Assembly: GCA_030583725.1 (NCBI GenBank)
Contig: CP129472.1
Coordinates: 529,902 to 593,901, forward strand
DNA: 64,000 bases
Source: a bacterium
GTDB taxonomy: Bacteria; Patescibacteriota; Microgenomatia; UBA8517
Direction: 5' to 3'
Shown here: in pieces, positions 1 to 8,439 of the stretch
How positions within the stretch are numbered: the stretch's first letter is position 1
Layout: each line of letters begins with the position of its first letter
Position numbers and translations under genes: made by a program
Notes under the pieces: model-generated
Told to the model about the DNA's origin: nothing
Databases searched by the model: none
What the model saw: only the letters and a program-made list of their open reading frames with translations

Positions 1-19
1 TGGCAAGTGGAGTGCTACC

Positions 20-781
20 TTATTTTAACTTTCTATCAATATATTTTGAGTTATTACGGGGATGGAACAGGGCACGAGTTGGGGTAACCACCTCCTTAGT
101 TAGTTTGCTACTCATATATAATCTTTGAAGTTTATAGGCAATGGGCTCAATTATTGTTAATAAACTACTTTTTTGATTACTGTATACCTTATACTGCTTG
201 CTACTTATTTTGACTGAGTTTGGCCAATAATCTAATATCCATCGATTACATCGTAAAAACATCTCATATGTTTTTTGCTTATTAACTAGTGGGATTATTT
301 GTGCAATTTCGTGAGCAGTGTAGATATTCCTGTCTTTTTTAACCCATATCAAATCTGTTTCATCAAGCCATATATTTAAACACAATCGGTCACGTTCACT
401 GGCAATTTGTGGACGTCGCAACGATTGGCGACTTGTAATTATTAAACAATAAACAAATAACCTTGTAATCCAAAGTGTATTTTTTTTAGTAATTATCATT
501 AAGTCAATGTCACTGTTTTTACCCGCGTTCATCATGGCCAAACTGCCTGTTATTCCCACAAATAATACTGATGGAATTTTAGAAATTAGTTTAGCTGCCT
601 TTTTTGCAATTATTAACTTTTTTTGTGAATATTTTTCTCTTTGAAGTCTGCGTTTATTTTTAATTCCACTAACTACAGTTTTTTGACTTTTGTATTGCCA
701 CCTAATGGCCTCTGCTTTGGTTAATTTATAATCAAAGATATCGTGATATTTTACAGAAAGATTATTGGACCCTGATGCCAT
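20..781 (-). CDS. nucleotidyltransferase-fold domain protein
   Basis: 253-aa ORF. NTase-fold motif 'GITGSLAMMNAGKNSDIDLMI' (G-S ... D-x-D). Nothing recognisable beyond the fold. Confidence 0.4.
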   Translation of the reverse strand: MASGSNNLSVKYHDIFDYKLTKAEAIRWQYKSQKTVVSGIKNKRRLQREKYSQKKLIIAKKAAKLISKIPSVLFVGITGSLAMMNAGKNSDIDLMIITKKNTLWITRLFVYCLIITSRQSLRRPQIASERDRLCLNIWLDETDLIWVKKDRNIYTAHEIAQIIPLVNKQKTYEMFLRCNRWILDYWPNSVKISSKQYKVYSNQKSSLLTIIEPIAYKLQRLYMSSKLTKEVVTPTRALFHPRNNSKYIDRKLK

Positions 782-2165
782 ACTGAGATAATACCTGAAT
801 TACCCCTGAAGATACAGCTTCAAGTGAGTTACTTGATTCTTTACCTTGGTTAACTGCATTAACTGCATCTTCAAAATATTTGTTAATTTGACTGTTTATA
901 CCTGTTGGACCATCCCAAGTCCTACTTTGTAAAAACCAAGTCTGGGCTGTTTTTGCACCGACTACGGTTGACCCAATTATTGGATGATCCGAAAGCAAAT
1001 TACCCATATTCTGTTTTGGATATGGCTCCCCGAACATTCTTTGTCTAGAGGCTGAATTATACATTTTTTCAAGGTTTTGTTCTTCTGAGACATATTTCAG
1101 AAAGTCCCAAGCAACTGTCTTATTTTTACTTTTTGACCACACACCTTCAACCCAATAGCTTGCATAATTTACATCAGGCTCATTGGCTACGGTTTTTGGT
1201 AGTTGTGGAACAGGAATTGTTTTAAATCTTAAATTTGGATTCTGCAATCTAATTTCAAAAGATCTCCAACTTGGACCTAAATACATTGCCAACTTTCCTG
1301 CTGCAAAAGCTACAGTTGAAGCAGGTTGTGTTGCATCCCAAACTTCATCTTCGATAGAAAAAATAGTATAGAAATCTAGTGCATCCTCAGCTAGTTGACC
1401 CGTTGGACGAACCAGATCAACACCATTTTGTAACATCATAAGACCTAAGATTTCTGGCCAATGATCAACATTTTCTGTTCTGCCCAAAGCGACACCCGCT
1501 TGAGTTATCCCACCGGTCTCATCCTTAACAGTTAGTTCTCTGGCTGTTTGCCTTAATTCATTCCACGTCGTTGGATATGTTTTACCTGACTTTTCAAATA
1601 TTTCTTCATTGATGTACAAACTCAAACCGTCATACCCTAAAGGAATACCAACAACATTGGCATTTAAACTTAAATCTGAAACGGCAACTGGATAGAATGT
1701 TTGGGCAAAATCAGAGGCCGAGTAAACAGAAGCAGGAACTGGATCTAATTCTGATTTAAACATTGGAACCCATGTATTATGAAATCTAAAAATATCAGGT
1801 CCAGTGCCTTTGGCTAATGCATTTGTCAGTCTTTCTCTGTAATCCTCTTTCGACTGTCTCACATATTTAATTGTAGCTTTTGGATTTTGTGATTGGTATT
1901 CAGATATTAAGCTACTAACTACTGCCTCATCTTCCCACAAACCCCACCATACTACTTCACCTGAAGTGGTGCCACCTCCTGAACTACGAAAGTAATTAAA
2001 AGCAAAAAATATAATTCCAATTAATCCAAGTGTTCCCAGCACCAGAGCAATCATTTTAATAGGAAACTTGGGTTTTGGTGTAGAAGGTATGCTTGAGATA
2101 TCCATCTTTTCAGTTGGAATTTGGGTTGGTGTGGGGTTAACAGCTACAGGCTGGTTAGTATCCAT
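762..2165 (-). CDS. ABC transporter extracellular solute-binding protein (family 1, sugar-type), membrane-anchored
   Basis: 467 aa. N-terminal TM/signal segment, then a length and motif pattern typical of family-1 solute-binding proteins (WWGLWEDE..., aromatic-rich sugar-binding-like C-terminal half). Confidence 0.55.
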   Translation of the reverse strand: MDTNQPVAVNPTPTQIPTEKMDISSIPSTPKPKFPIKMIALVLGTLGLIGIIFFAFNYFRSSGGGTTSGEVVWWGLWEDEAVVSSLISEYQSQNPKATIKYVRQSKEDYRERLTNALAKGTGPDIFRFHNTWVPMFKSELDPVPASVYSASDFAQTFYPVAVSDLSLNANVVGIPLGYDGLSLYINEEIFEKSGKTYPTTWNELRQTARELTVKDETGGITQAGVALGRTENVDHWPEILGLMMLQNGVDLVRPTGQLAEDALDFYTIFSIEDEVWDATQPASTVAFAAGKLAMYLGPSWRSFEIRLQNPNLRFKTIPVPQLPKTVANEPDVNYASYWVEGVWSKSKNKTVAWDFLKYVSEEQNLEKMYNSASRQRMFGEPYPKQNMGNLLSDHPIIGSTVVGAKTAQTWFLQSRTWDGPTGINSQINKYFEDAVNAVNQGKESSNSLEAVSSGVIQVLSQYGIRVQ

Positions 2166-2171
2166 AGATAA

Positions 2172-3923
2172 ATGTTATCATACAATATGGCCAAAAAACA
2201 GAAACCTAAAAAAAATATTTATGTAGTTTCATTATTCATTTTTCTAATATTTAGTATTCTTTTGTTAATAACAATTTTACCGTTTAATAAAAAAATATAC
2301 CCAAATACTTATGTAGCTGGAATTTATTTAGGTGACCTAAGCAAGGAGGATGCTAAAAAAGAACTTGAAAAGGTTAGTATTCCAGAAAAAGTGAAGTTGA
2401 ATGTAGAGGGTCTTGAAAGTGAAGTTCTAACCTCAGAAATAGTAGATGCAGTTGACTTAGACAAAACAGTTAGCAGGGCTTACAACTATTCAAATAGTGG
2501 AAATGTATTTTTAGACATAAGAATAAAAATTGGTTTGATTTTTAAACCACATAACTTACCACTTACAATAAACTATAATCAATCAAAACTTGAGGAAACA
2601 CTAGCAATTATAACTTTGGTTAAAGAGACAGAACCAGTTACTCCTAGCGCCAAGATTATAAATGGTCAAGTAGTTGTTGAAAAAGGTAAAAATGGAATAG
2701 TTGCAGACTTAGATAAAACTGAACAAGAAATTAAAAATAATCTTTCGTATTTAAACAACAAAGAAATTGTAATAGATTTAATTCAAACAAACGACGAACT
2801 TGATCAAGCAGAAGTATTAGAATACACATCACTAGCTAAAAAGTTCATAGGTTCAAAGATAGATCTTAAACACGAATTTGACAACATTATCCTTTCAGAA
2901 AACGATTTACTAAAATTTGTTAATCCAAAAGGTCAATTTATGGAAGATGTCATTATTTTAAAAATTTCAGACATATCAAGAAAAATAAATAGAAATCCTC
3001 AAAACTCTGTTTTTATAGTTGAAAATGGAAAGGTGTTGGAGTTTACACCATCTAAAGAAGGTATAACTGTTAATGAGGATGAGCTATTAAGTGAGATAAC
3101 AACATCATTAGATAAAATCATAGACTCTGAAACTAAATCTTTGTCATTTGGTGTTCCAGTTGTTAAGCAACCAGCAAAGATTAAAAATGAAGATGTAAAC
3201 AACCTAGGTATTAATACACTACTAGGAAGAGGTTTGTCATACTACAGGGGTTCAATTGCAAACAGGGTTTACAATATTAATCTCGGCCAATCAAAATTTA
3301 AGGGAATTCTGGTTGGTCCTAATGAAACATTTTCGTTTAATAATATTATCGGAGACATATCAGCCCTTACTGGTTACAAATCAGCATATGTCATTAAAGA
3401 TGGAAAAACAGTTCTTGGTGATGGTGGTGGTATATGTCAAGTCTCTACAACACTTTTTAGAGCTGTCTTAAATGCTGGACTACCAATAGTTGAAAGAAGA
3501 GCTCACTCATATAGGGTTGGTTATTATGAGCAAGGGTTTTCTCCAGGTCTAGATGCAACAATTTATTATCCAACAACCGATTTAAAATTCAAAAACAACA
3601 CAGAAGCACATCTATTGATTCAACCTATTATTGATACCAAGAATTCAAGTTTAGTTTTTGAAATATATGGAACCAGCGACGGCAGAGTATCATCAGTTTC
3701 CAAACCGATAATCACGTCTTCAGTTACACCAGCAGAAGATTTGTATGTTGACGATCCTTCCCTACCAATGGGAACAACAAAACAAATTGAATACAGAGCC
3801 TATGGGGCAAGGGTTGTTTTTGATTACAAAGTAACAAGGGGTGATGAAACACTTATTGACCAAAAGTTTGTTTCTAACTATCGCCCATGGCAAGCTGTTT
3901 ACTTACGTGGTACTGGGCTATAG
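2172..3923 (+). CDS. VanW-family protein (membrane-anchored)
   Basis: 583 aa. N-terminal TM. VanW-domain signature 'GPNETFSFNNIIG...GYKSAYVIKDGKTVLGDGGGICQVSTTLFRAVLNAGLPIVERRAHS'. Confidence 0.65.
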   Translation: MLSYNMAKKQKPKKNIYVVSLFIFLIFSILLLITILPFNKKIYPNTYVAGIYLGDLSKEDAKKELEKVSIPEKVKLNVEGLESEVLTSEIVDAVDLDKTVSRAYNYSNSGNVFLDIRIKIGLIFKPHNLPLTINYNQSKLEETLAIITLVKETEPVTPSAKIINGQVVVEKGKNGIVADLDKTEQEIKNNLSYLNNKEIVIDLIQTNDELDQAEVLEYTSLAKKFIGSKIDLKHEFDNIILSENDLLKFVNPKGQFMEDVIILKISDISRKINRNPQNSVFIVENGKVLEFTPSKEGITVNEDELLSEITTSLDKIIDSETKSLSFGVPVVKQPAKIKNEDVNNLGINTLLGRGLSYYRGSIANRVYNINLGQSKFKGILVGPNETFSFNNIIGDISALTGYKSAYVIKDGKTVLGDGGGICQVSTTLFRAVLNAGLPIVERRAHSYRVGYYEQGFSPGLDATIYYPTTDLKFKNNTEAHLLIQPIIDTKNSSLVFEIYGTSDGRVSSVSKPIITSSVTPAEDLYVDDPSLPMGTTKQIEYRAYGARVVFDYKVTRGDETLIDQKFVSNYRPWQAVYLRGTGL

Positions 3924-4133
3924 ATGATTTTGGTATTTCCCCTGTTTTCAGATATGTTACAATTTCTATGTCTATCATGGGTGTTTGATCGTCTTTCTGA
4001 AGAGGTAGCCCGCTTATACTATTGCTGTCAGTTTTTTCAAAAATTGGTAAACTTAATGAACTATAATAACCTTCTAACCAAACAAGTCCTGCCGATTTAG
4101 TTTCCTTTCTCAATATAATATATAATACCAACT

Positions 4134-4772
4134 ATGGATTTACTAAATCTACTAGATCAAATTGCCCTACTTTTTGAACAATGGGGTTATCCAATAATTT
4201 TTTTTGGGAGTTTAATTGAAATTACACCACTAGGTTGGGCTGTCCCGGGAGGTGCAATTCTTTTGGTTGCAGGATACCTTTCAAATGGAAATCCAAACAT
4301 TCCCCTTATTCCAATCATTGTTTGGGGAACCTTGGGTACATGGGTAGCTTTTATACTTGCATACATTTTGGGTAGTAAAACAGGAATGTGGCTTGTTAAT
4401 AAACTTCACCAACAAAAAAATGCCAGTTTTGCAAAAAGAATATTAAAAAATAATGGACCTGCGATCCTAACAACCTCAATGATGGCTAACCTAACAAGAT
4501 TTTGGATTAGTTATATTGCAGGAGTAGAAAAATATAACCTACTTAAATTTAACCTTTATGCATTTTTTGCATCATTAAGTTGGGTCTCAATGCTTGTTTT
4601 TTTGGGCTACTTTGCAGGTTATGAAAAAGAAAACTTGAGAAAAATTACCAGTAGTATTGGCGTCCTTGCTTGGATATTTCTAGCAATTGCAATATTTGTA
4701 ATATTTAAGTCAATTAAAAAAGAATATAAGAATTTCAAAGAGGATGAACCACAAGTTGAAAAGCTCAAATAA
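4134..4772 (+). CDS. DedA / VTT-domain family membrane protein
   Basis: 212 aa polytopic protein. 'YPIIFFGSLIE...PGGAILLVAGYL' N-terminus and overall layout typical of DedA/SNARE-associated proteins. Confidence 0.55.
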   Translation: MDLLNLLDQIALLFEQWGYPIIFFGSLIEITPLGWAVPGGAILLVAGYLSNGNPNIPLIPIIVWGTLGTWVAFILAYILGSKTGMWLVNKLHQQKNASFAKRILKNNGPAILTTSMMANLTRFWISYIAGVEKYNLLKFNLYAFFASLSWVSMLVFLGYFAGYEKENLRKITSSIGVLAWIFLAIAIFVIFKSIKKEYKNFKEDEPQVEKLK

Positions 4773-5481
4773 TTACTTTATTACCCAAACCTAACTCTGT
4801 CTTGATTGGAGCAATCACTTCCTTAGATATATATGACATATTTTTGTATAACATTTGTTTTTCTAGTTCTGCGCCATTTCGTACATCAAATGAGTGTTCA
4901 ATTAAACGCACATATTCATCACTTAGATTCAAACTGCGCGACAATCTTACAATTTCGTCGTAACTAACAACAAACTTTTGTAGTTTCAAAGCAATCAATA
5001 CGGAGGTGCCATATAAAACAGATTTGACAAAACCTGCCTTTGCACTAACAATATCACCCTCTCGATCTGATAACATTGCTGTATAAGCACGTGAGATTTG
5101 AAAAGTGGCTTCCTCAAACAAGTCTATCATCCTAATCTTTGGTGGGGTTAACGTTTCTACAACCGTGTTTCCATATAGAGTTATGGCTTTAGTAACCAAA
5201 CTTCTCATATAGGTATTATTTGGAAATGGAGTGTCTATGTCACCATTAATAAACTGGTCATGATCAAACGGATAAATCCTAAGATTGTCGACACCGTTCA
5301 TTTTTTCCAAATCAGATCTGCTTACTTTTTTGTTTTCCTTGTAAAGCACGCCAACTTCATAGTCACTACCTTCTATAAAATCTGCTCGTGCTCTAGACCC
5401 ATATAAAAAAATTGAGGTCGGGGATGTGGTAACGTAGATATTGTTTAGTGCTTTCTGAATATTTTTAGGAAGGTCAACCAT
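4765..5481 (-). CDS. nucleotidyltransferase-fold domain protein
   Basis: 238 aa. 'LYGSRARADFIEGSDYEVGVL' NTase motif (GS ... D-x-E/D). Second NTase-fold protein in the first 6 kb. Confidence 0.4.
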   Translation of the reverse strand: MVDLPKNIQKALNNIYVTTSPTSIFLYGSRARADFIEGSDYEVGVLYKENKKVSRSDLEKMNGVDNLRIYPFDHDQFINGDIDTPFPNNTYMRSLVTKAITLYGNTVVETLTPPKIRMIDLFEEATFQISRAYTAMLSDREGDIVSAKAGFVKSVLYGTSVLIALKLQKFVVSYDEIVRLSRSLNLSDEYVRLIEHSFDVRNGAELEKQMLYKNMSYISKEVIAPIKTELGLGNKVII

Positions 5482-5516
5482 TCGTAAAATTATACTACGA
5501 ATGATAAAATACTCAA

Positions 5517-6596
5517 ATGAAAATCATTCCGGAAAACAATGGCGCGATTAATATTGCTGTACAAGCATTGCAAAAAGGACAACTTGTCTTTATGGCAACT
5601 GAAACTGTATATATTGCAGCAGTGGATGCAACAAACCCTGAAGCTGTAAAAAAGCTTGTAAATTTTAAAAATAGGCCATTTGGAAAACCATTTTCAGTTG
5701 GTGTTACTGATATAAAAATGGCTGAAAAGTATGTTTTACTCAACCAAACTGCTAGGGGTTTATATAAAAAATTTCTCCCTGGACCTGTTACTGTTATTTC
5801 AACAGGGAAACATTTAGTTGCAGACGGGGTCGAGGCAGAAAACGGCACGCTAGGAATTAGAATACCTGATTATGATTTTTTTCAAAAAGTGTGCAGTGAA
5901 CTAAAAAAACCAATTACAGCAACATCAGCGAATGCAAGTTATCAAAGAAGACCATATAAACTTTCAGACATTTTAGATAACATCTCAGAAAAACAAAAAG
6001 GGTTAATTGATTTAATGGTTGATGCAGGAGAACTTCCACGCAATGAACCATCAACGGTAATTGATACCACACTCGATGATAAACCAGTCATCCTAAGACA
6101 AGGAGAAATAAAACTGAAAGACAAAAATGAAGTTCTTTCAAGGAGTGAGGAAAACACGCAAAACATAGCCAAAGAACTTTGGCAAAAATATGAAAACTAC
6201 CACAACAAAAGGGCAATTATTTTTGCCTTAACGGGTAAAATGGGGGCAGGTAAAACCCAGTTTGTCAAAGGTCTAGCTCGTGCTATGGATATAAGAGATA
6301 AAATTACATCACCAACTTATGATCTACTAAATCACTATACTCCAAAAACCAATACCCAGGCTCTTTATCATATAGATACCTGGAGAATGACCGAGCCAGA
6401 CAGCGAACTTAAAGAGCTTGGAATTAATAAATTATTACTAAATAATACTGTTATTGCTATAGAGTGGGCAGACAGAGTGATTCAAGAAATTAAAAGTTAC
6501 TCAGAAGACGCAATTATAGTCTGGGTCAAAATAGAATATCCCTCAACTGAGCAATCAAACGAGAATAACCGTCTAATTAGCTGGGGAAATATATAA
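5517..6596 (+). CDS. tsaC: fused L-threonylcarbamoyladenylate synthase (TsaC/YrdC domain) and TsaE ATPase
   Basis: 359 aa. N-terminal YrdC/TsaC motifs (ATETVYIAAVDA, K-x-R-P, SANASY, STVID). C-terminal TsaE motifs (LTGKMGAGKTQFVKG, SPTYDL, LYHIDTWR). Confidence 0.65.
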   Translation: MKIIPENNGAINIAVQALQKGQLVFMATETVYIAAVDATNPEAVKKLVNFKNRPFGKPFSVGVTDIKMAEKYVLLNQTARGLYKKFLPGPVTVISTGKHLVADGVEAENGTLGIRIPDYDFFQKVCSELKKPITATSANASYQRRPYKLSDILDNISEKQKGLIDLMVDAGELPRNEPSTVIDTTLDDKPVILRQGEIKLKDKNEVLSRSEENTQNIAKELWQKYENYHNKRAIIFALTGKMGAGKTQFVKGLARAMDIRDKITSPTYDLLNHYTPKTNTQALYHIDTWRMTEPDSELKELGINKLLLNNTVIAIEWADRVIQEIKSYSEDAIIVWVKIEYPSTEQSNENNRLISWGNI

Positions 6597-6608
6597 TATA
6601 CAAGAATT

Positions 6609-7673
6609 ATGCGTATTTTATCTATCGATACGAGTTGTGATGAGACTGCTGTGGCTGTTACGGCCAATTTGCAGGTCGTTTCGAATATCGTTTGGAGCCA
6701 ATCAAGCCTTCATTCTAGCTTCGGAGGTGTTTTTCCTAGCCTCGCACAAAGACAACATCAAGAGCGTATTGATTGGGTAATTTCAAAGGCATTGGCCAAA
6801 GCTAATTGCAGACTCTCATCTGTTGACTGTATCGCAGTTACTGTAGGTAAAGGATTAGCCATAGCGTTATCTGTTGGGGTTAATAAAGCAAAAGAACTAG
6901 CCAGAGAACACAATAAGCCACTAGTACCTATAAGCCACATCGAGGCACACCTACTCTCTCCATTTGCAAGACCAAACTCGAAAGTTACTAGTAATGTGTC
7001 AGCAATCTTCCCAGCTTTTGGTCTGGTACTCTCTGGAGGAACCACGATACTTTGTTTAATCAAAAACATTGGAGAATACGAGATACTAGCAGAAACCTCA
7101 GACGACGCCTTGGGAGAAGCCTTAGATAAAGGAGCAAGGCTACTAGGACTGGGGTACCCGGGAGGGGCAATTTTAGAAAAATTTGCACGTTTAGGTACTC
7201 CTGACAAAAATAAATTACCACTACCACTACAAAATGATAAAACTAAAGATAGATTTAGTTATTCAGGACTAAAAACTGCTTTTTTAAGACTTGTAGAATC
7301 GGTTAAAAATCCAAGCAAACAAGACATATATGATCTTTCAGCCTCTTTCCAATCAACGGCCTTTGACCACATAGAAAAGGTGCTAGAATATCAAATTCGA
7401 AATTCGAAGATTAAAGTACAAAATCTACTTTTTGGGGGAGGTGTGGCAAACAACATAGAAATTAAAAAAAGACTTAGAAAACTATGCAAAAAACATAAAA
7501 TTAAACTTCTTGTTCCATACAACAAAAAACTAAATGGTGATAATGCAGGGATGGTTGGAGTTTGTGCATATCTCAAAAATAAAGGTCTAAATACTAAGAA
7601 GTTAATTACTAAATACGGAGGATTGGAAAATATAAACTCAGTAGACATAAACCCAAGACTAAAGATCGAATAG
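6609..7673 (+). CDS. tsaD: tRNA N6-adenosine threonylcarbamoyltransferase TsaD (Kae1/YgjD family)
   Basis: 354 aa. 'MRILSIDTSCDETAVAV' N-terminus and 'ISHIEAHLLS' metal-binding HxxxH. Length fits TsaD rather than TsaB. Confidence 0.7.
   Translation: MRILSIDTSCDETAVAVTANLQVVSNIVWSQSSLHSSFGGVFPSLAQRQHQERIDWVISKALAKANCRLSSVDCIAVTVGKGLAIALSVGVNKAKELAREHNKPLVPISHIEAHLLSPFARPNSKVTSNVSAIFPAFGLVLSGGTTILCLIKNIGEYEILAETSDDALGEALDKGARLLGLGYPGGAILEKFARLGTPDKNKLPLPLQNDKTKDRFSYSGLKTAFLRLVESVKNPSKQDIYDLSASFQSTAFDHIEKVLEYQIRNSKIKVQNLLFGGGVANNIEIKKRLRKLCKKHKIKLLVPYNKKLNGDNAGMVGVCAYLKNKGLNTKKLITKYGGLENINSVDINPRLKIE
7641..7663. repeat. 23-bp direct repeat copy A (gtagacataaacccaagactaaa), inside the 3' end of tsaD
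   Basis: Identical 23-mer recurs at 8121-8143. The two copies bracket the sigma-region-4 mini-gene. Confidence 0.85.
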
Positions 7674-7674
7674 A

Positions 7675-8013
7675 CTACCACCTGTTTATTTTTTTCAGTC
7701 TATCTAGTGCTTGTACATTAATTTGTCGAACTCTCTCGGTGGTAAGACCAAACCTCTGTCCGATTTCTTCATATGTTAATCCGACAAAATATACCAACTT
7801 AACAATTTCTCTTTGCCTTGGTCTCAGTTTATTAAGACTGCTTTCTACTACTGAACGAGATTCAACCTCAGTTTCAACAACAGTTGGACTTGGGAATTTA
7901 TCTTCGTTAAAAACTTCCCAATTAAGATCTTCTTTCTTTAAATATTCTTCTTTCTTTTTGGTTCTACATAGAACCGAAGAAACCGCATGTCCAATCTTTC
8001 GACCTAGTTCCAT
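7675..8013 (-). CDS. sigma-70 region 4 (HTH) only protein
   Basis: 112 aa. 'LRPRQREIVKLVYFVGLTYEEIGQRFGLTTERVRQINVQALDRLKK' is a canonical sigma-70 region 4.2 HTH. No region 2 is present. Confidence 0.5.
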   Translation of the reverse strand: MELGRKIGHAVSSVLCRTKKKEEYLKKEDLNWEVFNEDKFPSPTVVETEVESRSVVESSLNKLRPRQREIVKLVYFVGLTYEEIGQRFGLTTERVRQINVQALDRLKKINRW

Positions 8014-8120
8014 TTACGTATTTTAATTCAATTTAAATAAAATTTCCAATTTATGATAAGTAGAGCTTTCCACTTCGTGATAAAAATAGTGATTTAATAG
8101 AATACTTTGATTACAATGTC

Positions 8121-8143
8121 GTAGACATAAACCCAAGACTAAA
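8121..8143. repeat. 23-bp direct repeat copy B
   Basis: Perfect copy of 7641-7663, lying 480 bp downstream. Confidence 0.85.
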
Positions 8144-8160
8144 TCTGAATAAATAAGGGG

Positions 8161-8382
8161 TTAACCTCGCTCTAGATTTCTTTTAATTGGACAACCTGTA
8201 AAATTACATTCATTTTTACAAAAATTTGAATAGTCAACTGAACGACATTCGAGATTTTCACCACCCTTATTAATAACAATGCTTACTAATTTCCCAGTTT
8301 TAAGACTTACATTTTGATCACCTGGGCGGGGGTCCATCCACCTCATTGTCCAATGTATACTTTCTAACTTTGGCTCTGTCAT
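8161..8382 (-). CDS. hypothetical small Cys-containing protein
   Basis: 73-aa ORF in the gap between the sigma mini-gene and valS. No recognisable motif. Confidence 0.2.
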   Translation of the reverse strand: MTEPKLESIHWTMRWMDPRPGDQNVSLKTGKLVSIVINKGGENLECRSVDYSNFCKNECNFTGCPIKRNLERG

Positions 8383-8439
8383 GGGCCGATATTACTCTCT
8401 TCGTCTGCAAAATGCAAATTTTTAAGTTAAAATACATTT

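Noticed and set aside
3874-4131. 85-aa minus-strand ORF
   Set aside because: Overlaps the VanW gene end and has no motif. The intergenic 3924-4133 more likely carries the DedA promoter.
5513-5848. 111-aa minus-strand ORF
   Set aside because: Antisense within the TsaC domain coding region.
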